Below, piece after piece: positions 32,237 through 42,300 of a stretch of 64,000 nucleotides of DNA. How positions within the stretch are numbered: position 1 is the first letter of the stretch; each line of letters begins with the position of its first letter. A program made the position numbers and the translations under genes. The notes under the pieces are model-generated. The model did not search any database. It worked only from the letters and a program-made list of their open reading frames with translations, and had not been told where the DNA came from. This DNA is from Pelagomonas calceolata (taxonomy: Eukaryota), in assembly GCA_918797485.1 (NCBI GenBank), contig CAKKNE010000005.1, positions 1,426,001 to 1,490,000 of the forward strand, given 5' to 3'.

Positions 32237-35200
32237 TCAAACCCGCTCGCCCGCCTCGACCACGGCCAGGTCATCTGGTGGTGGCGGACGGGCTTCCCGG
32301 ACCGCCCGAGGGACCACGACCGCGACCTCGGGCGAGAAGACCTGTTCCTCATCCGAGAAGGCGGCGACGGATTCGGGAGAAGGCGGCCGCGGCGGCGAGC
32401 GCAGGTCAATATTGGGGAGACCGACGTCCCAGGCCGGGCGCTCCGACGCGCCATTCGACCGGCGCCGGTCGTCGCGCGCCCAGCGCTCGTGCCACGCGAC
32501 CTCGTTGTGCGGCCCCAGCGTCGCGCGCGGCCGGCGGCCCACGCTCCGTCGGTGCGCGAGCGAGCGGCGGTGGTCGTCGTCGGGCTCGGTCTCCTCGACA
32601 TAAATCTCGTCCTCGGATTCACTAGACGACGCACACGCCTCCTCCTCGTCATCAAACGCCGACTCCAACGAATCGCGGCCGCGCCCGAAGGACGTCCGGA
32701 ACGACGCCAAGGCCCCTCCGGTCGACGTCCGCGCCGCGCCGCGCTCGTCGCCGCCGACGCTCCGCCGGTTATCCACGCGGCGCACCGCTCTACTATCAAG
32801 CGCGAACTCGCCCGCGTAGACGGGACACGCCCGCAGGTCGTAGCTCTCGAGCGTCTGGAACTGCGGCTCCTCCGTCACTGGCTGATGTTTCCTTCGTCGT
32901 AATTCGTCCCGATATTCATTTAGAATACGGGGCTTGAGCGTCTTCTCGGCGAGGCGCCGCTCCAAGGTCGCCGTCCGAATAGCTCGGAAGTACGTCGTGT
33001 CATTATCATCCTCGTCGTCTACTGATGTACAGCGGCACTTCAAGAGTCGCCTTAATTCCATGAGTAATACCGCAATAACCAAGACGACGTGCGGCAGCGC
33101 GTTCGCGTGGTCTATGCGTTTACGAGCCACGGCCCAGGCACTGAGTAGCAACTCGTCATCATCAGCATCATCGCCGATCAACGACGGCGCCGTCCACATC
33201 CAGGCCGCCACGATTGAACGGCCGGCGATCATGATGGGGATGAGTTCGGACAGCAACAAAGCCAGGGCGTTCGTCATGGTAGGAGGCGCCGCGTAAAATT
33301 TTGTGAAGAGGAACTTATCGACGAGGTATTGCGTAGAGTAGTAGAGTAAGGCAAAGACGTTGAGTAGTGGACATCCACTCGAAAATAGCGTAGAACACAT
33401 GATGACCTTGGCTAGCGAGGCGTACCGAGCCTCGAACGTCATTGGAGGGCCGACGACCAATCTATTCAAACCTTCCTGCGTGAGCTGCTTTGTTCTTGTT
33501 ACATCGCAGGTGTAGGACCTATCTCTCCACGCACTGATGTGGAAGGCTATGAAAGACATGAGATAGCATGCTAACTCAGATAACCAAGATAATACAAGCG
33601 TGAGCATGATCGCCACGCCGACCGTGCCGTACCACCCCGCATCGAAATCGGCATAACTCCCGCGCATGAACCCGAAGAACGACGTCTTCCGCTCCGCTTT
33701 TCTACGTAAAGTGGGGAACGCGTTGAGGTTGCCATGGATGAGTACTATCAAAACAGCCGCGTTCACGACCTTCAGGAACGCGAGCTTCTGGGCGTGGGCG
33801 ACCGACTGTTGCGATCGCGACGCGTAGCGCTCGTACTCCGTCAGGAAACCCGCCACGTAATCCATCGCGAGCTCGACCAATACGACAAACGCGACGGCGC
33901 CGCCATAAACCCCGTAGGTCTTGGCCTTCCGCGTGATCCATCTCCTACAATATCTTTCTGAGCCATCTGGGGTCTCGAATTCGTAGTTTCGCGTGTATTT
34001 TAACCCTCGCTCGCTGAGGATTCTACCACAAAAACACTCGACGTAGCCCCTCCTCTCTCCAAGTTCATCTTGGACGACGTCGGCCATCGATAAAGTACCA
34101 ATACCGGAAGATATGATATGAGCTTCGGCGCCTTTATACCTGATGCGATCTTTGCCCCTAAATAAGTAACACTCAGGCGTCGGGTGCCTCCGTTCCCTTT
34201 GGACCTTCCAGCTCCGCGACCGATAGATGGCCGCCGACGACAATAGTAACAGGAGACAGAAGGCCACTAATACTAGACCTCGTCTGATGAGGTTGTATTG
34301 ACCGAGGTGCTCCCATCTTAAATCGCGCGGCTCGGCGGCCTTTTTACAGCGTAGACTACGCCCACAGAACCGCAAATGGCGGCGCTGGCAGAGTGTCCGG
34401 GAAGCGTACGTCTCCAGGCACTTGGCTCTATCGGCCTCGGTGTCGAACGTGACATAACAGGCCACGACGCGGCCTTTCTCTCGTTGCGCGTCCTCCTCGA
34501 TCAATCTCTGACTTTCGTCGAACTTGAAGCGCGCCTTCCTATCTCTCTTACTGCTTTCGAGGTGTAGCTTGCTCCGCGCGTCCGCGGCGTCGACTTCTAA
34601 GGCTAACGCTCCTCGCTGCCGCCACAGTTTGATCGTCCGCCGCGTATACTCACAAAAAAAATTCACGTCCACCACTTTGGCTTCTAGCACTCGCGCGAAG
34701 TGGTTTCTCAACCCATCGTCGAGCGCGTCCAGTGATTTCGGCCTCTTCGGTAGCGACGACGGCGTGATGGCCACGGTGTAGGCGCTCGAGCAGCGCACGT
34801 ACCTCCCGTACTGGAGCTGGGCCCTTCGTTCCCGCGTCGAGAGGAAGAGGCCGCCCGCTAATAACAGGGCGGCTCCGAGGGCGTCGAGCCAACTCAACAC
34901 TTGCGACGTGGCCGCGCGCGACGCCCGGATAGCACCCAGGATGCGGAGTTTCGGTTCGACACAGGTCGCGTACGCTACAAGTCTTGTGGACGAGCAGTTC
35001 AGCGGTACGGCGTCGAGGGAACATTTTCGTTGCCCGAGACACGAGTTTTGAGCCACTTCCTGTATAGAGGACGAGGCGCACTCCCCAGATGCTGGTTCTA
35101 CATCTCGGAAGTCGGGCCGGCCGTCTTCATAGGCATGCGAAGCGCAGCACGCCTCCCCAAACTGCGTAGTACCGGAAAAGCACGGCTTGCCGCCGCACCG

Positions 35201-35785
35201 CGTCTTCGAGGACGGCGCGCCGGGGCACGCTCCATTCAGATCCGGCTTGTGGGTCTCGGGGCAGGTGCACGATCCCGTTACTGTACCATAGTAGGCTCGT
35301 ATGTCTTTCATAACTGCGCCGGCTGGACAACTCAAATCAAGAGTACCTTCCGTGACTTCGCCGCAGGGCACTGTCGTTGCCGCACCCCAGGCTCCTAAAG
35401 AAGCGTAGTAGAAGAACTGGGGCGGCTGCTGCTGTAAGACCGCGTCCCGGTTATCATCCCTCGACGCGGTGTACGTCGCGAGGATGCAAGGGAGCGAGAG
35501 GAGCGAGACGAGAAAGAAGATGCACGATAGAGCCTTGAGGCCCTTGAAGTACAAATCCGCGCCCACCCCATACTTTATGAGCGGCCGCCGCTCGAGGCCG
35601 CGGAGCGCATGACAGCCAAAGTCGTCGCACATGGAGAACGGGTGCCGCTCGCCATCGACCGTCTTCCCGGGCCTATAGTAGCGGCGCGTCGCGACGGCCG
35701 CGGCCCGCGAGAGGAACTTGTTGTCACGTGTGCCACAGTCGGCGGCGTAGCGTCTGCCAATCGACGACCGGCCGCTGCCCCCCAT
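32237..35785 (-). CDS. OSCA/TMEM63 (CSC1)-like channel with an extracellular SUEL/rhamnose-lectin-like domain; 5' end uncertain (may start at 35984 via an intron)
   Basis: YGVGADLYFKGLK, CYVTFDTE, AAEPRDLRWEHL and RYA...LFSSGCPLL...YLVDKFLF..FYAAPP. Lectin-like LDLSCPAGAVM..I.AYYG...CLGQRKCSL. Confidence 0.8.
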   Translation of the reverse strand: MGGSGRSSIGRRYAADCGTRDNKFLSRAAAVATRRYYRPGKTVDGERHPFSMCDDFGCHALRGLERRPLIKYGVGADLYFKGLKALSCIFFLVSLLSLPCILATYTASRDDNRDAVLQQQPPQFFYYASLGAWGAATTVPCGEVTEGTLDLSCPAGAVMKDIRAYYGTVTGSCTCPETHKPDLNGACPGAPSSKTRCGGKPCFSGTTQFGEACCASHAYEDGRPDFRDVEPASGECASSSIQEVAQNSCLGQRKCSLDAVPLNCSSTRLVAYATCVEPKLRILGAIRASRAATSQVLSWLDALGAALLLAGGLFLSTRERRAQLQYGRYVRCSSAYTVAITPSSLPKRPKSLDALDDGLRNHFARVLEAKVVDVNFFCEYTRRTIKLWRQRGALALEVDAADARSKLHLESSKRDRKARFKFDESQRLIEEDAQREKGRVVACYVTFDTEADRAKCLETYASRTLCQRRHLRFCGRSLRCKKAAEPRDLRWEHLGQYNLIRRGLVLVAFCLLLLLSSAAIYRSRSWKVQRERRHPTPECYLFRGKDRIRYKGAEAHIISSGIGTLSMADVVQDELGERRGYVECFCGRILSERGLKYTRNYEFETPDGSERYCRRWITRKAKTYGVYGGAVAFVVLVELAMDYVAGFLTEYERYASRSQQSVAHAQKLAFLKVVNAAVLIVLIHGNLNAFPTLRRKAERKTSFFGFMRGSYADFDAGWYGTVGVAIMLTLVLSWLSELACYLMSFIAFHISAWRDRSYTCDVTRTKQLTQEGLNRLVVGPPMTFEARYASLAKVIMCSTLFSSGCPLLNVFALLYYSTQYLVDKFLFTKFYAAPPTMTNALALLLSELIPIMIAGRSIVAAWMWTAPSLIGDDADDDELLLSAWAVARKRIDHANALPHVVLVIAVLLMELRRLLKCRCTSVDDEDDNDTTYFRAIRTATLERRLAEKTLKPRILNEYRDELRRRKHQPVTEEPQFQTLESYDLRACPVYAGEFALDSRAVRRVDNRRSVGGDERGAARTSTGGALASFRTSFGRGRDSLESAFDDEEEACASSSESEDEIYVEETEPDDDHRRSLAHRRSVGRRPRATLGPHNEVAWHERWARDDRRRSNGASERPAWDVGLPNIDLRSPPRPPSPESVAAFSDEEQVFSPEVAVVVPRAVREARPPPPDDLAVVEAGERV

Positions 35786-36076
35786 CGTATACGCGGTACG
35801 TTTGATGCGGCGGCTTCGCTGCTGCCTTCGTATCGTCCGGCCGCGGCCGGGGGCTGCGCGCGCCGCGTCCAAACCGACGCCGCCCCAGCTTTTTCCTGTC
35901 GTCTACCTGGTAAGCGTACCCCCTATACCATGTGCGCGTCTCTCGCGCTGAGCTCCACACAGGCACCACCTGCTTCCCCCGCATACGCTGTCGATGCGGC
36001 ACGTCGTGCTTCGATCCGGTCGCGCGGAGACGACGCGAGACGCGCCGAGAAGTATCCAAATCTTAGGGAGGCGACT

Positions 36077-36589
36077 CTAGACCTCGCACTCGTCGGGCAC
36101 CTTCGCCGGGAAGAACTTCTCGATGATGTTCCGCTCGCACCACGGCGCGAGCGCCAAGGCTAACGCGATGCGCAGCGGCACGATGACGCGCGCGAAGTTG
36201 ATGAAGACGAAGACGTAGCCCGCGACGGCCTCCTTGCCCTCCGTGGTGGCGAAGTCCGGTAAACTTCCGGTCGTGTACGCGACAAGCGCGATGGCCAGCG
36301 GCACGCTCCCCAGCCAAAACGCAAATTCGGTCAAAGTGTAGGCCGCGACGCCGGCCTTGCCCGCCTCCTTGATGCGCGTCATGGGGTCGACGCGGCACTC
36401 CTCGGGGACGCGCGGGTCATCTTTAATCCCCCACTGGATGAGGACCTCGTCGAGCTGGCTCACTTTCGCATTGGGATCAAAATCAGCATTTTCCTCGGCA
36501 AAGAGCGGTCGCGCGGCCAGCCGTCGCTGCGGCGACACGAAACAAGCAGCCGGCACGGCCAGCGCCAAGAGCGCGAGCGCTGCCCTCAT
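36077..36589 (-). CDS. Plastid-targeted small membrane protein (DUF1279/FAM210-like)
   Basis: Bipartite presequence MRAALALLALAVPAAC-FVSP (ASAF-type); GKAGVAAY...PLRIALALALAPW. Confidence 0.65.
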   Translation of the reverse strand: MRAALALLALAVPAACFVSPQRRLAARPLFAEENADFDPNAKVSQLDEVLIQWGIKDDPRVPEECRVDPMTRIKEAGKAGVAAYTLTEFAFWLGSVPLAIALVAYTTGSLPDFATTEGKEAVAGYVFVFINFARVIVPLRIALALALAPWCERNIIEKFFPAKVPDECEV

Positions 36590-37037
36590 ATTACAGCCTG
36601 TAGTGCTTTGCTTGCTGTTTCTACGGTTAGGCTCAGTGTTTCTTGGGTCGCTATCGCAAGACAGCAACGCCGACTGAACCCAGCTCTCTGGTTCGTGCTC
36701 CGATGAGCCCTAGGAGCTATGGAGTTGTGCTTGCGTTTACACCTCGAGCCAAAGCAGCTAGTGTGTCTATCCGATCCAAGGAAATGGGGCTGCTCCGATA
36801 GAGCCATCCGAAGCGTAGGACCAGGAGCCCTAGGCCTCCGGAGAGTCGCCAGAGTCGGCGCTCCTCGGTAGCGCCTCCTCTGGCCGCTATCTCTCCGTGC
36901 CTCCCAGCGCGCATTGCACACAACAGGCTTCGGCGCAACGCGGCCGAAACGTCCCGCCACGCCAGCGACGCGCCGGCACAAGCGCGGGGACCCATCATCT
37001 CTCGGGCGGGCAGCGCCCCTCCCAACAACAACACACC

Positions 37038-37880
37038 ATGTCGGTAGCACGGCTGCCCAGCGCCGCCCAGGCGTTTGCGGACGGCGGCGGCCCCGTCGAA
37101 AAGACGCAGCCCTGTAAACCAAGGAGCACCGTGCCGCCCTACGCGACGCTACACACGAAGGGCCACGACGTGGGAGTAGGTGTCGGAAAAAAACGTTTCG
37201 ATGGGGGCCCTCCATTAAATATGACTCATGTGGATGGTCCTCATGGCTTCGTCGGCATGATGCAAGGGACCGAACAAGGCCTAGAATACACGCGCTTCAA
37301 CAAGGGTTTCGACCGGCGGAACCAATCGAAGATAGGCCAAGATGTGGAACGGAAGGAGCATGAGCGCCTCCAAGCGGAGAAGAAGGTCGTCACGGATCAA
37401 CTCAGGACGGATCGTTTGGTAGAGATCAAGGACTACAACGGCTTTGACGTCATTTCGGGTGAATATGATCCTGCCAAAATAAGAGGAGCGCATCCCCGCG
37501 CGAGGCATCTCTCGGACCGACCGTCCAAAGAACTCGCGAAGACGGGCGAGATTACCATAAGGAATAGCTGCTACCGCATGTACACGGCGGCGCCCACCGG
37601 TGATAAGCACGACTACCGGCAGCACCAGTTGGTCAGTGAAGGCCAATCCAAACCGAAGTTCACGTCCGTGCTAGGCATCGGCCGGGCCGAGGAGCCGTCG
37701 TATGGCGTGGAAGACCAGTTCGCCAAGAGTCAATATGGAGGCAAGGTCCACACGGACTTTGGGCTGTGTGAAGTCAGAGAACCTGGAAGGTACACCCCTA
37801 GAAAACTCGGCGGCTCGGCGGCCAAGCCCCAGATGATTTTTGGAGGCGCCTGGCGCGACGAGGACCTCGTGCCTAAGTAG
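37038..37880 (+). CDS. Hypothetical protein
   Basis: ATG MSVARLPS after an AC-rich leader; 280-aa ORF with normal composition. Confidence 0.65.
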   Translation: MSVARLPSAAQAFADGGGPVEKTQPCKPRSTVPPYATLHTKGHDVGVGVGKKRFDGGPPLNMTHVDGPHGFVGMMQGTEQGLEYTRFNKGFDRRNQSKIGQDVERKEHERLQAEKKVVTDQLRTDRLVEIKDYNGFDVISGEYDPAKIRGAHPRARHLSDRPSKELAKTGEITIRNSCYRMYTAAPTGDKHDYRQHQLVSEGQSKPKFTSVLGIGRAEEPSYGVEDQFAKSQYGGKVHTDFGLCEVREPGRYTPRKLGGSAAKPQMIFGGAWRDEDLVPK

Positions 37881-37952
37881 GTTATTACGATTAGTTAGTC
37901 AAAATACATACCGCCGAGGCGCGCGCATAATCCTGCGCGTCTCGGAGCCGAC

Positions 37953-38843
37953 TCACTTCTCCTCGTCTTCCGACGACGACGACGGCGCCATCGCGAAGGC
38001 CTCGCCCGTGGAGATGCGCCGCGTCGCGACCAAACAAAGCTTGCCCTCTTGATCCTCACCGACCGCGCAGTTCGCATCTTCTTTTGATCGTGGTAACTCA
38101 CAATCAGGCAAATCAGATTCGTAGAAGAGGACGTCGCCCGTCTCCGCCGGCCGCGCCGCTAATAGAGCGTCGACGTCCCCAAAGGCCTCTTCGTTCTGGC
38201 GGGGCACATACGAAAAGTCCCGCGCGATAGAGATCGACGGCTCCTTCTCGGCGGGGATCGAGGCCTGGTGGCGCCACACCCTCGTATCGATCAACAAAAC
38301 GTCGCCGCGCGCCACGCGGATCATGATCGGCGCACCATTATCTCCACATTCCCGGACCCGCCACAACTTCGACCCCGAGATCTGGTAGTGCCAGGTCCCT
38401 TCGATATGCGGCGCCAGGGCGTCCGTGTGCTCCGGTCTCCCATCTAAAGACTCCGTGCCCCTCGAGTTGTCGCCCACAAAAATCCACGCGTGACTCCCGT
38501 GGTGCGCCTCACTCTCCGCGACGCCGGGGACGCCCCTCATTCCGACGCCATTGCGAGGCAACCGTCTCAATGTAGCAGCACACGCCGTGGCGTCGTGGAC
38601 GACGAACGACGCATACCACGGCTCTTCGGACTCGAAGGCGGCGCCGCCCTCTCTAGATACGGTCGTGGCGTTGTGCGTCTTGGCCAGGCGCTTGACCTCG
38701 CCGAGCCAGCGTGTTGGGCGGTGGCGCCCGAGCGCTGCTCGTTTCACGTGCACGATGCGGTGGCGCTCGTACAAACTTCGCACGGTCGACCACGGAATCA
38801 ACGAGTCGCGCGCGTCGACCCGAATCTGGCTGATCCAGACCAT
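37953..38843 (-). CDS. JmjC/cupin-like dioxygenase with a C-terminal SET-like fragment
   Basis: GRPEHTD (HxD), TWHYQISGSKLW and GDVLLIDTRVWRH; C-terminal DANC...LVATRRISTGE. Confidence 0.75.
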   Translation of the reverse strand: MVWISQIRVDARDSLIPWSTVRSLYERHRIVHVKRAALGRHRPTRWLGEVKRLAKTHNATTVSREGGAAFESEEPWYASFVVHDATACAATLRRLPRNGVGMRGVPGVAESEAHHGSHAWIFVGDNSRGTESLDGRPEHTDALAPHIEGTWHYQISGSKLWRVRECGDNGAPIMIRVARGDVLLIDTRVWRHQASIPAEKEPSISIARDFSYVPRQNEEAFGDVDALLAARPAETGDVLFYESDLPDCELPRSKEDANCAVGEDQEGKLCLVATRRISTGEAFAMAPSSSSEDEEK

Positions 38844-39084
38844 GGCTGCTTGTGGGTTCTTCTAATTGATGGCGATTTGGGTCGCGTTTGCTCGGCGCAC
38901 GTGCCCGGTGCGCCGCTGAACTCCGGTGAAGTCTTTTCGCCTTTCCCGGCCCGCGGGGCGGCCAAAACTTGGGTAGCAGCCCAGGGAGTGTGCGAGAGAT
39001 ACCCAGGACCCACAGCGCGCGTTCCGGCCGCGTTTGACGGCCGCAAACAGCCAAAGTTCAACAAAATGAGACCGCAAAAAAAAA

Positions 39085-39109
39085 GCTAGTGTGTTCTCAA
39101 TACGCTAGC
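39085..39109 (-). promoter_or_regulatory. Recurrent intergenic motif copy (degenerate)
   Basis: GCTAGTGTGTTCTCAATACGCTAGC. Confidence 0.45.
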
Positions 39110-39389
39110 CTCAAATCGTAATCGTGTAAATTCAAAAGACCACGCAAACTGCGGCAGTACGACGCTAGCGAGCGCGTTTTACAGCCTACCGCAGCGGTAA
39201 TTTACAGCCGACTGACGACAGAGTGACTCGTAAGGCCCTCGCGCGCCAAAAACAGCAGTGGGCGCATTTGCTCCGCATACGGCTGCCAACGCGACGATAA
39301 CTGCAGTCGCAGCCACCTTGACGCCAGATACAGCTGCCACCCGCGACGTAAACCCGCAGCGCAGCCACAGAACCAAAAGTGAGGCAGCC

Positions 39390-42300
39390 ATGCAAGCCCT
39401 CGCGACGCCGCGGCAACCACCGCAGCACGAACGTCCACCGCCGCTCTCGCTGCGGAGCCGCGCCGGCCGCGTGACGCCGCTGCCTGATTTAGATGTTGTC
39501 GAGCTCGGGCGCCAAGGGCTTCTGAGCGGCAGCATCACGAGCCCGCGCGTGTCGAGACGGCAGGCCACGCTCCTCCGGAGCCCGGACGGCGCGCTGCGCG
39601 TCGTGAGCCTGGGCGCGAATCCCACGGCGGTCGTCACGCGCGCGGGCGCCGTCGTGCGGCTCGCGGGCGGCGCCGGCGCGGACGTGGCGGCCGGCGACAC
39701 GTGCTCTTGCGGCGTCCTTTATTACCTTCGCGTTGTTCGCGTTGGCATCGCGTGCCACGTCCACGTAGCGTCGATGGCGCCACGTGTCACGCCATCGACG
39801 CGATGCCCCACGCAGGATCGTGCTCTGCCCCGGCCGCCTGCTGCGCGACGGCGGTGGCTCGGCGGACGAGGACGAGGCGTTCACGCTCGTCGAGGCGGCG
39901 ATCCAGGACTTGCCGGCGGCGCTGCGCGAGATCGCGCGGCTCCGGGCGGCGCTCGACGCCGCCGCGGCGACGCCCGCGGCCACGCCCTTGGCCACGCCGG
40001 CGCCGGTCGCAGCGCCGGCGCCCGCGCCGGAGCCGATGGAGGCCGAGCCGACGGCGCCCGCGGCCGAGCCCGCGCCGGCGCCCACGGCCGACGACGCGCA
40101 CGAAGCGGAGGACGCGCCGCTCGCGGTCGACGCCGTCGCCGCGCTCGCGGGCGCCGCCGACCTCGAGGCCGCGTCGCTCACGCACACCGACGACGGCGCG
40201 CGGTTCCTGCTGCGCTGGCGGGGCGGCGGCGCCTCCTGCGTGCGCGTGGAGGACGGCGCCTGGCGCGTCGTCGACGTGGCGGGCGCGGCGACGGCCGAGG
40301 CGCGCGTCGGCCGCGCGCTCGCCCTCGCGGCGGCGCTCGCCGCCGCCGACGACGTGCCCCGGTCGAGCGTCGACGGCGCCATGGCGGCGTTCCTGGGCGG
40401 CGCCGCGCCGGCCGCTCCCAGCGACGACGTCGCGGACGCTGGAGACGACGACGACTCGGCCGGCGACTTCGAGGCGGAGGCCGCGACCGGCACGGCGATG
40501 CTCGTCGAGGGCGACCTCGCGTCGGACGGCGAGGCGTCGCGCTACGACGACGGGAGCGACGACGGCGACGATGGCCCCGCGACGCCCGGCGCGCGGTACG
40601 TCGAGGGGCTGATCGAGGGAGCGGCCGAGGGAGGCGTCACGGCGACGTCACTACGTTGGGACGGCGCCTCGCAACTCGTCGGGGCCGTCATGTACGGGAA
40701 CGTGAAATGCGAGGTGCGCGTCGACGTGAGCGTGACGCGCGAAGCCGTACTTTTGCGGGGGTCGTACAGCGGTGTCAGCATGGGCGGCGTCAACTCGGTC
40801 CCCGTGCTCAAACTCCTGGTGGCCGCCGCGGCGGCGCCGGACGCGATCGCGCGCGACGTGGGAGCCAAGCGCGCCGCCGCCAAGCGCGCCGCCGACGCGC
40901 TCGCGCCGCGGGCCGTCGCGGACTCGTTGCTGCACGCAGTGGCGACGGCGAAGACGTCCTTTGCCTACGCCGGCCTCCGGCGGCTCGTCGAGCCGGCGAC
41001 GCTGCCCCTCGTCGCCGACGCGGCCGCCGTCGACGCGCTCGCGACGGCGCGGGCGGCGCGAGATGCGGAGTGCCTCCATGCTGTGCGCGACGCGCCGGCC
41101 TTCTACGATTCCGAGGCGGGGCTCGTCTACGGGCGCGTCCGGCGGTCGACGGGACCCGGGCGGTGGTCCTCCTCGGACGTCGCCTTCGCCGCGGCGCCCG
41201 CCGCGGACGGGTCCGCGCTCCGCCTCGACCCGACGCGGTCCTGGACCTCCGACAAGTGGGACCGGCCGCTCCTGGCGCCGGCGGCGGTCGCCTTCGCCAA
41301 GGCGGCCGGGATCACGGCCGTCGACGTCTGCGCGCTGCGGACAGCCCTGCTCGCGCTGCCCGACGTCGGCGCGGCCGCCGCGGACCTCGCGTTCAGCGTG
41401 ATCGCGTCGGAGTCGGGCGTCGACGCGGCGCTGCCCCGCCTGTTCGCGGAGGCTGCGGCGGCGGGCGCCGCGCCGCGGCCGGGCGACGCCTACGTGCGCG
41501 CGCTCGCGCCGGTCGTGCTCGACCCGGCGGCGGCGAAGACGCAGGAGGACCACGCGGCGGCGACCGTCGCGGACGCGCTCGACGGGATCTCCGAGGCCTT
41601 CGAGGAGGCGGAGAACGAGGTCGAGGAGGCGCGCGACAACTGGGTGAAGGGCGAGGACTGCGACTGCCGGCCCGATCGCTACGGGTACCGCAAGTATGGG
41701 TGCCCGAACTGCGGCGACTACCACTGCCACGACGAGGACTGCTACGACCCGGACCAGATCGAATGCGACTGCGCGGCGGAGAACAACCCGCTCCCCGACC
41801 CCGCGGCCTTCGTGAAGGACCGGCTCGAGGAGGTCGACGCGCTGCTCGCGCGCGGCCGCGCCGCCGCCGCGCCCGACGACGTCCGCGAGGCGCTGCTCGT
41901 CGGCGTCGCGCGGGGCCTCGCGCCCCTCGCGCCCGCGGTGCCCCAACATCAGGCCGCTGTGGGCCGCGGCGAGCCGCTTACGGCCGCCGAGAGGACCGAG
42001 GCGCTCCGCTCGCCGCTCTCGTCCGCCGAGCGGGCAGCGGTGTTGCGCGCGTTCACCGAGCTCGACGGCAAGACGACGCAAATGCGGTTGCGCCGCTCCG
42101 TGGAACGCATCCTGGGCTCGCCCGAGGGCTTTTTGGACGCGAAGAAGGCCGCCGTCAAGCAGGTTTGCGTGGAGGAGTTGCAACGCCTCGAGAGGGCGGT
42201 GCCAGCATTTCGGCGCGCGCCACCATTCGGACGTGGCCGCATTCCGGTCCCGGCGCGGCGCACGCCGACGCCGTTCAAACGGGCCCTCGACGCGGCCGTC

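Noticed and set aside
39700..39826. 8-bp repeat CGTGCTCT near both ends of the FHA-gene intron as a possible TSD
   Set aside because: The offset would add 4 nt to the mRNA relative to the pre-insertion state, which is incompatible with frame preservation; likely chance or decayed.
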